49,538 nucleotides of DNA from contig JASEHZ010000002.1 in the NCBI GenBank assembly GCA_030018585.1, positions 1 to 49,538 on the forward strand, written 5' to 3'. The notes beneath the pieces are model-generated. The model saw only the letters and a list, made by a program, of their open reading frames with translations, did not search any database and was not told the origin of the DNA. The position numbers were made by a program, and so were the translations under genes. Of the stretch, positions 43,138 through 49,538 are shown one piece after another; positions within the stretch are counted from its first letter, which is position 1; every line of letters starts with the position of its first letter. The stretch is from Patescibacteria group bacterium (GTDB taxonomy: Bacteria > Patescibacteriota > Minisyncoccia > UBA6257 > GWB1-50-10).

Positions 43138-43227
43138 ATATAGAAATAGAGAGTTAAAGTTTTGGCCCGGCAATTTTTCGCTTGGGTTTTTTGTTTGGAT
43201 TAATAGATTTGCGGTATAATAAAAGAG

Positions 43228-43569
43228 ATGAACAACGCTTTGTTTTATCTGGTTCGGCATTTTTTCTTCCATTTGTTTGAATTTTTTCGGCATTGGTACG
43301 TAAAGAGCATGAAAATTTACTGGAATTTTATAATGGATCAATTGGGAGAATTGGATTATTTTTTGGCGTGGCGGATTACTTTTAAGCATATTTTTCAACC
43401 GCTTTACAAAGATTATACGGTTTTAGGCTATGTTTTAGGTTTTGGCTTCAGGTTGGGGCGTCTTTTTATAGGCAGTATAATTTATTTGATTATTTTTGCG
43501 GTTGCAATCGGCGTTTATCTTTTTTGGCTTGCCGTGCCAATTTATATAATAAGCCGCGCATTTTTTTAA
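43228..43569 (+). CDS. small membrane protein
   Basis: A 113-aa ORF with a hydrophobic C-terminal half. It ends 6 nt before the Clp-like gene. Confidence 0.45.
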   Translation: MNNALFYLVRHFFFHLFEFFRHWYVKSMKIYWNFIMDQLGELDYFLAWRITFKHIFQPLYKDYTVLGYVLGFGFRLGRLFIGSIIYLIIFAVAIGVYLFWLAVPIYIISRAFF

Positions 43570-43575
43570 AAAGAT

Positions 43576-46086
43576 ATGCAGACTTTTTATTTTAAAGAAC
43601 CAAGATTATTGCTTTCCACGCCCGGCGAGTTTTTTGTAAGGCTTGTTACTTACACTTTTTATATTTTATTTTCATCAACAACTATTTTGTTTATTTTAAG
43701 CGAAACCTCATCTATTAAATGGTTGGGCGGTTTGTTTGTTTTGATTTTAGTTGATCGGATTATCCACGCGGGCGAAGCCGAAAAACATTTAGCCGAATTA
43801 AAAGGTCATAAAGTGAATTTAACCGAAGCCGTAACGCCGGCGGCTTACCGAATTTTGAATTATTCTTTCAGAAGATCCCGCGTGACCAAACAGAATTTTT
43901 ATCTTGCCATGGCCAAAACTTTGGCTGGGCGAAACGATATTATAGAAGCCTTGCGGCGTTTGAATGTCGATGCTAAAAAGTTTGTTGAGAAGATAGACGG
44001 TTTTTTGAAAAACGGAAGTATTACTGATGATTCGAAGAAAGATGCGAAAGAATTTCTTTCAAGCGTCGAAAATTTGGTAATGATTGCTTATGAAAATGCA
44101 GTTAACACTGCGGAAAAATTCATTGAACCAAGAAATCTTTTTGTTGCTTTAACTGCGGTTAAAGATAACGAAATTATTAAGCTTTTTGAAGCCTTCGAGT
44201 TTAGTATGGTTGATATTCAAGAGACAATAATTTTTGGTCGTTGGCGTCGTCGATTTACCGGAATAAGACGTTTGCCCGCGGTTTTAGGCGGTTTTGCTAA
44301 TCGGCCGAATTTTCTGCGCCATCGGGTAATGAATCGGGCGTGGACCGCGCGACCAACCAGAACTCTTGATCAATTCAGCGTTGATTTAACCGATCTTGCG
44401 CGAGCCGAAAAAATAGGGTTTCTTATAGGTCACAAGAAAGAATTTAACGAGCTTTTAAATATTATTTCCCGGCCGGGCAAACCTAACGCAATTTTAGTTG
44501 GCGATGCTGGTATTGGCAAGACGGCCATTATCGCTCATTTGGCTTTTCGAATGACGAAAGATCAGGTGCCGTCGGTGCTTTTTGACAAACGGTTGGTGTC
44601 TTTGGATATTGGCGCGCTTATGGCAAGTGCCACGCCCGATGTACTTTCAGGTAGAATTCAATCAATTGCCGAAGAAATTATCATGGCTGGCAACATAGTT
44701 CTTTTTGTGCCAAACGTCCATGATCTTTTTAGAACAAGCAGTCAAGCGAAAACTTTAAACGCAATTGACCTTCTTTTACCGATTATAAAAAGCGAAGCCA
44801 TTCCCGTGATCGGCGAAACTTACCTTCGGGAATTTAAACAATATATCGAATCGCGTTCTGATTTTTTGGAACAATTCGAGGTTATGAATATTGAAGAAAT
44901 AAACGAAGAAGAAGCAACTCGTTATTTAGTTTATAACGGATTAATGCTTGAACGTGAGTTTGGGGTTTTAGTCACTTTCCGGGCCATAAGAAAATCAGTG
45001 GAAGTTGCCCATAGGTATTTTAGGGATAAGGTTTTGCCGGGCAGCGCCGTTGATCTTTTAAAACAAGCTTTTGCCCAAGCTAAACATGAAGGATTAAAAA
45101 TACTTGAAGAAGATACGGTAATTCAAGTGGCTGAAGGAAAAAGCAAGATTCCTATTCAAAAAGCCGGCGTCGCAGAAACAGAAAAGTTGTTGAACTTAGA
45201 ATCAATTATTCATGAAAAGCTCATTAATCAAGAATCAGCCGTAAAAGCAGTATCAAGGGCTTTAAGAGAGTATCGGAGCGGGCTCTCTAGAAGAGGCGGA
45301 CCGATTGCCGCATTTTTATTTATTGGACCGACTGGCGTCGGAAAAACAGAGTTGGCAAAAATTTTAACTCAAGTTCAGTTCGGTTCAAAAGAATTGATGC
45401 TTAGGTTTGATATGTCAGAGTATCAAGACAAACAAAGCATTTTCCGTTTTATTGGTACGCCTGATGGAGAAAAAACAGGAGCTTTGACTGACGCCGTTCT
45501 TCACGCGCCTTATAGTTTAATTTTGCTCGACGAGTTTGAAAAAGCTCATCCCGACATTTTAAATCTGTTTTTGCAGGTTTTTGATGACGGGAGATTGACT
45601 GATAGTTTGGGGCGGACGGTAAGTTTTGAAAATACGATTATCATTGCCACCTCAAACGCCAATTCCCAATTTATCAAAGAAGAGGTTGAGAAAGGAAGAA
45701 CGGTTGATGAAATTGCTGAAGAAATTAAAAAGAAATTAACTGATTATTTCCGGCCCGAACTTATTAATCGTTTTTCTGACACCATTGTTTTTCGTGATCT
45801 TGACGTGGCTGAAATAAATTTAATAGCCAAATTGTTATTTAAAGAGATAAACAATACTTTACGCGAAACGCAAGGAATTGAATTTATGGCTGATGACACG
45901 GCTGTTAAAAAAATAGCAGAACTCGGCTATAGTCCGGTTTTTGGCGCTCGGCCGCTTCGCCAGGTTATTTCCGAGAAAGTGCGTAGCGTTTTAGCCGAAA
46001 AAATATTGCGTAAGGAAATAGGGCGTGGAGATGTTGTTTATTTTTCTTTTAAAAAGGACGATTTCAAATTTAATAAAAAACCTTAA
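43576..46086 (+). CDS. ClpB/ClpC-type double-AAA+ ATPase with N-terminal transmembrane segment(s)
   Basis: Walker A1 is GDAGIGKTAI and Walker A2 is GPTGVGKTELAK. A sensor/arginine region (GARPLRQVI) is present. The N-terminal 60 aa are hydrophobic (FYILFSSTTILFIL, LGGLFVLILV). Confidence 0.85.
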   Translation: MQTFYFKEPRLLLSTPGEFFVRLVTYTFYILFSSTTILFILSETSSIKWLGGLFVLILVDRIIHAGEAEKHLAELKGHKVNLTEAVTPAAYRILNYSFRRSRVTKQNFYLAMAKTLAGRNDIIEALRRLNVDAKKFVEKIDGFLKNGSITDDSKKDAKEFLSSVENLVMIAYENAVNTAEKFIEPRNLFVALTAVKDNEIIKLFEAFEFSMVDIQETIIFGRWRRRFTGIRRLPAVLGGFANRPNFLRHRVMNRAWTARPTRTLDQFSVDLTDLARAEKIGFLIGHKKEFNELLNIISRPGKPNAILVGDAGIGKTAIIAHLAFRMTKDQVPSVLFDKRLVSLDIGALMASATPDVLSGRIQSIAEEIIMAGNIVLFVPNVHDLFRTSSQAKTLNAIDLLLPIIKSEAIPVIGETYLREFKQYIESRSDFLEQFEVMNIEEINEEEATRYLVYNGLMLEREFGVLVTFRAIRKSVEVAHRYFRDKVLPGSAVDLLKQAFAQAKHEGLKILEEDTVIQVAEGKSKIPIQKAGVAETEKLLNLESIIHEKLINQESAVKAVSRALREYRSGLSRRGGPIAAFLFIGPTGVGKTELAKILTQVQFGSKELMLRFDMSEYQDKQSIFRFIGTPDGEKTGALTDAVLHAPYSLILLDEFEKAHPDILNLFLQVFDDGRLTDSLGRTVSFENTIIIATSNANSQFIKEEVEKGRTVDEIAEEIKKKLTDYFRPELINRFSDTIVFRDLDVAEINLIAKLLFKEINNTLRETQGIEFMADDTAVKKIAELGYSPVFGARPLRQVISEKVRSVLAEKILRKEIGRGDVVYFSFKKDDFKFNKKP

Positions 46087-46092
46087 GAACCT

Positions 46093-46764
46093 ATGCGGAT
46101 AAAAGTTAATTTAAATTTAGATTTTAAAAATTTAAAAGTAAATCGAATAATTCGTTTTTTGATTATTTGCGATCTTTGTCTTTTTGGCGGTTGGGGGCTC
46201 ATCGGACCGATATTTGCGGTTTTTATTCTTGAACGGATCGAGGGCGCTAATTTAATTACGGTTGGGCTGGCAACAGGAATTTATTGGATAGTGAAATCAA
46301 TAATTCAGATTCCGGTGGCGGTTTTTCTTGATAAAAACGAAGGAGAAAAAGATGATTTTTCCGCTCTAATTCTTAGTTTTATATTAGTCGGATTTGTGGC
46401 AATGGCATATTTATTAGTTCAGAAACCATTGGGTCTTTTTGCTGTTGCTTTTCTTCAGGGAACGGCTTTTGGAATTTATGTTCCTTCTTGGTCGGGTTTG
46501 TTTTCGCGGCATCTTGACAAAGAACATTATGCGTTCGATTGGTCATTAGATAGCACTACTTTGGGGTTGGCATCTGGCATCACGGCGATTTTGGGCGGTG
46601 GTTTGGCAGCGCTTATTGGTTTTCCGGCGGTTTTTGTGCTTGCAAGCATTCTCGCTTTCACCAGTGCCGTGATTTTATTGTCTGTCCCGAATTTGGTTTT
46701 GCCGAAACCGGTTTCGGGCGAAAATGTAATACGAGATCATACGCCTCAAAATATTAATAGATAA
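46093..46764 (+). CDS. six-helix membrane protein (half-size MFS-like)
   Basis: A 223-aa ORF with about six hydrophobic helices. Family not resolved. Confidence 0.45.
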   Translation: MRIKVNLNLDFKNLKVNRIIRFLIICDLCLFGGWGLIGPIFAVFILERIEGANLITVGLATGIYWIVKSIIQIPVAVFLDKNEGEKDDFSALILSFILVGFVAMAYLLVQKPLGLFAVAFLQGTAFGIYVPSWSGLFSRHLDKEHYAFDWSLDSTTLGLASGITAILGGGLAALIGFPAVFVLASILAFTSAVILLSVPNLVLPKPVSGENVIRDHTPQNINR

Positions 46765-46803
46765 TTTTGTGGAATGATTGAGGCAATCGAACGATGGTTT
46801 TTT

Positions 46804-48531
46804 ATGACTAATCAGGAAATTGCAAAAATTTTTCACGAAATAGCCATCTATCTTGAAATGGTTAATGGGCCTTTTAAAATGCGCGCTTTTGAAAAAGCAG
46901 CAGAAGTTATAAACGGCTCAGAAGAAGAACTTATTAATATTTACAAAGCAGGCGGAATTGAGGCTTTAAAGGAAATTCCGGGCGTAGGCGTTTCAATTGC
47001 TGAAAAAATTGAAGAACTTATAAAAACCGGGAATCTTAAATATTACAGCGAGCTTAAGAAAAAAATTCCGATTGATTTGGGTTCTTTTTACGGCATTGAG
47101 GGATTGGGCCCCAAAAGCCTTTTGAAGCTTTATCAGAAATTAGGCATAAAAAACATTAATGATCTTGAAAAAGCGGCAAAAAGCGGCAAAATCCGCAAGT
47201 TAGAAGGTTTTGGCGAAAAATCAGAGGAAAGAATTTTGAAAGGCATTGAGTTTGCAAAACGTTCTTCGGGCAGGTTTATTTTGGGATTTATAATGCCGGA
47301 AATTAGAGAGATTGAGAAAAAATTGAACAGTTTAAAAGAAATTCAAAAAGTTATTATTGCCGGGTCAGTTCGGCGCCGAAAAGAAACAATCGGCGATGTG
47401 GATATTTTGGCGGTGGCTAAAAATTCTAAGCCAGTTATGGATTATTTTGTGTCTATGCCTGAAGCGGTACATATTTATGCTTGCGGCGATACTAAATCAG
47501 CCGTTAAATTAAGAAACGGTCTGGATGTTGATTTACGCGTGGTTGATGAGAAATCTTACGGTGCGGCCCTTAATTATTTTACCGGCTCCAAAGCTCATAA
47601 TGTGGCGCTTCGGGAAATAGCTCTTAAAAAAGGCTTAAAGCTTAATGAGTACGGCTTGTTTGATGGTAAGAAGCAGATTGCGGGGAAAAGCGAAGAAGAA
47701 CTTTATCGCGCGTTGGGCATGGAATATATTGAACCGGAAATGCGCGAAAATTTTGGCGAAATAGAATTAGCTAAGAGTAAAAAACTGCCAAAACTTATTG
47801 GATACAGCGATTTGAAAGGCGATTTGCAAATTCAGACAAATTGGAGCGACGGCTTAAATTCAATTGAAGAAATGGCCAAATCAGCTCAAAAAAACGGCTT
47901 GGAATATATTGCGATTACCGATCACACAAAGCGTTTGGCTATGGCCAATGGCTTGGATGAAAAAAGAATAATTGAACAGGGAAAAGAAATTAATAAAATT
48001 AACAAAAAATTTGAGAGCCAAAAAAAGAAATTCAGAATTTTAAAAGGCACTGAGTGCGATGTTTTAAAAGATGGAGCCTTGGATTTGCCGGATAATATTT
48101 TGTCAAAGCTTGATATTGTTGGTGTTGCGGTTCATTCGCATTTTAGTCTTTCGCGCGACGAGCAGACAAAAAGAATAATTCGGGCAATGAAAAATTCTAA
48201 TGTCGATATTTTATTTCATCCAACCGGCAGAATCATCCAAAAAAGAGAGGCTTATGATTGTGACATTAATGAAATAATAAAAATTGCGAAAAAAACAAAA
48301 ACAATTTTGGAAATTGATGCTTTTCCCAACCGGTTAGATTTAAAAGACGAATATGTGAAAAAATGTATGGAAAGTGGAGTAAAAATTTCTATTGATTCCG
48401 ACGCTCATTCATTAAGTCATATTTCGTATTTAGAATACGGCATAGCGCAAGCCCGAAGAGGTTGGGCGACTAAAAATGACGTTATTAATACATGGCCGCT
48501 TGGAAAAATGTTGGATTTTCTTAAGAAATAA
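46804..48531 (+). CDS. family X DNA polymerase with C-terminal PHP domain
   Basis: The N-terminus is MTNQEIAKIFHEIAIYLE, with HhH motifs. The nucleotidyltransferase motif is GSVRRRKETIGDVDIL and the PHP motif is ITDHT. The ORF-track start at 46774 is possible but less typical. Confidence 0.85.
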   Translation: MTNQEIAKIFHEIAIYLEMVNGPFKMRAFEKAAEVINGSEEELINIYKAGGIEALKEIPGVGVSIAEKIEELIKTGNLKYYSELKKKIPIDLGSFYGIEGLGPKSLLKLYQKLGIKNINDLEKAAKSGKIRKLEGFGEKSEERILKGIEFAKRSSGRFILGFIMPEIREIEKKLNSLKEIQKVIIAGSVRRRKETIGDVDILAVAKNSKPVMDYFVSMPEAVHIYACGDTKSAVKLRNGLDVDLRVVDEKSYGAALNYFTGSKAHNVALREIALKKGLKLNEYGLFDGKKQIAGKSEEELYRALGMEYIEPEMRENFGEIELAKSKKLPKLIGYSDLKGDLQIQTNWSDGLNSIEEMAKSAQKNGLEYIAITDHTKRLAMANGLDEKRIIEQGKEINKINKKFESQKKKFRILKGTECDVLKDGALDLPDNILSKLDIVGVAVHSHFSLSRDEQTKRIIRAMKNSNVDILFHPTGRIIQKREAYDCDINEIIKIAKKTKTILEIDAFPNRLDLKDEYVKKCMESGVKISIDSDAHSLSHISYLEYGIAQARRGWATKNDVINTWPLGKMLDFLKK

Positions 48532-48827
48532 TGAAGATTTCAACTTTTGCTTCTAAGGTTTATGGGGTTGTGCGGAAAATCCCAAGAGGACGTGTTTTGA
48601 CTTATAAACAGGTTGCGAATTTAGTCGGTAATTCAAAAGCAGGCCGGGCAGTGGGTAATGCGTTAAACAGAAATCCTTTTTCGCCAGAAGTGCCGTGTCA
48701 TCGGGTTGTAAGATTTAATGGTTTGGTTGGTGGCTACGCAAGCGGCGCAAAAAATAAAATTAAGGTTTTAAGGAAAGAAGGAGTGGAAATTAAAAATAAC
48801 AAGATAGATCTTGGAAGATTTAATTGA
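48531..48827 (+). CDS. ogt: MGMT-family methylated-DNA-protein-cysteine methyltransferase domain protein
   Basis: The active-site motif is PCHRVV, preceded by IPRGRVLTYKQVA. The 98-aa protein carries the C-terminal domain only. Its ATGA junction overlaps the PolX stop. Confidence 0.8.
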   Translation: MKISTFASKVYGVVRKIPRGRVLTYKQVANLVGNSKAGRAVGNALNRNPFSPEVPCHRVVRFNGLVGGYASGAKNKIKVLRKEGVEIKNNKIDLGRFN

Positions 48828-48948
48828 CGCGGCAATAAATCTTGCAACAAGTCTTAGGATATACGACTTTTGGCCTTACGTCTTAATAAATTGTATCTTA
48901 TCCCTGTTTTGAAGGAAGGAGTTTTCCGGTAGCATAGTGCGGGACAAG

Positions 48949-48984
48949 CAAAAAAAGAGGACGGTTCTAAAAATAACCGTCCTC
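48949..48984 (-). terminator. intrinsic terminator on the minus strand
   Basis: GAGGACGGTT-loop-AACCGTCCTC is followed on the minus strand by TTTTTTT. It lies downstream of rplT. Confidence 0.6.
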
Positions 48985-49159
48985 GTTAACCAACGCAGCG
49001 TAAGCGCTGCGGTAATGCGCGACTTACGTCGCTGAAAATAAATATGTTAATGTGCTACGTATCCTCAAAAATCAGAAATAATCAGAAGAGGACACTAATA
49101 TAATAACATTTCGATAAATAGTTTAAAGTTAAAGTTATCCACAACCTTCGGTACAAGAT

Positions 49160-49504
49160 TTATTTTACGAATTCAATTATTTTTTTAAATACTTCTGGTT
49201 CGGTTTTCGCGATTTCAGCCAATATTTTCCGGTTAAGTTTTATATTCTTTTTCTTTAAAGCACCCATAAATTTGCTGTAGGTTGTATTATTTTGTCTTAA
49301 AGCGGCGTTTATCTGAACATTCCAAAGTGCGCGAAAATCGCGTTTTTTTTCTTTCCGTCCTTTAAATTTACGACTCAAAGAATGAAGTAACGCTTCTTTA
49401 GCAGCGCGTTCTTTAGATTTACGGTCCCAACGAAAACCTTTTGTGCGGCGCAATAGTTTTTCCCGTTTTTTATGAGCTGTTTTGCCTCTTTTTACTCTGG
49501 TCAT
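49160..49504 (-). CDS. rplT: 50S ribosomal protein L20
   Basis: The N-terminus is MTRVKRGKTAHKKREKLLRRTKGFRWDRKS. Length is 114 aa. Confidence 0.9.
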   Translation of the reverse strand: MTRVKRGKTAHKKREKLLRRTKGFRWDRKSKERAAKEALLHSLSRKFKGRKEKKRDFRALWNVQINAALRQNNTTYSKFMGALKKKNIKLNRKILAEIAKTEPEVFKKIIEFVK

Positions 49505-49538
49505 ACCAGGTAGTAGAAATTCGATTAATTTTTAGTTC

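Noticed and set aside
49135-49143. A perfect DnaA box, TTATCCACA.
   Set aside because: It is a single isolated copy beside rplT, about 39 kb from dnaA, with no cluster or AT-rich unwinding element nearby. It is most likely a chance match or a minor titration site, not an origin.
1-49538. A look for CRISPR arrays, diversity-generating retroelements, retrons, IS elements and integrases.
   Set aside because: I saw no regularly spaced direct repeats, no reverse transcriptase, transposase or recombinase-like ORFs, and no long near-identical template/variable repeat pair by eye. A computational repeat search would be needed to exclude short or degenerate ones.

Overview
This is a low-GC (about 33-38%), gene-dense bacterial segment read with the standard code. 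Its genes are short and often overlap by 4 nt. Content and style fit a reduced-genome, Patescibacteria/CPR-like organism, but that placement is inference only. The backbone is the replication-origin neighbourhood (rpmH-rnpA-yidC-jag divergent from dnaA-dnaN). It also carries peptidoglycan genes (PBP1A, murE, murB), recombination and repair genes (ruvA/B/C, polA, mutM, EndoQ-like, PolX, MGMT) and RNA repair genes (archease, RtcB, a beta-CASP RNase). One tRNA-Arg(CCG) is present. The accessory parts are:
(1) A type IV secretion-like cluster at 44-6884, with a PrgI/VirB3-like protein, a VirB4 split into two ORFs, and a VirB2/TrbC-like pilin fused to a Cys-rich domain and a putative LAS-type peptidase.
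(2) A three-member family of ~105-120 nt cassettes framed by the inverted repeat CCCGTTAGA-K-A / T-M-TCTAACGGG. The right arm of each ends on the start codon of the downstream gene: the pilin, the beta-CASP RNase and the O-antigen-ligase-like gene.
(3) A 159-bp element between gspE and ruvB, framed by 19-nt inverted repeats, with a near-consensus promoter reading into it.
(4) A compositionally foreign island of ~50-58% GC at about 35.2-38.1 kb, holding a decayed ORF and a two-gene module of unknown function.
No CRISPR array, transposase, integrase or reverse transcriptase was seen. All functional calls rest on motif recognition by eye; no database search was run.
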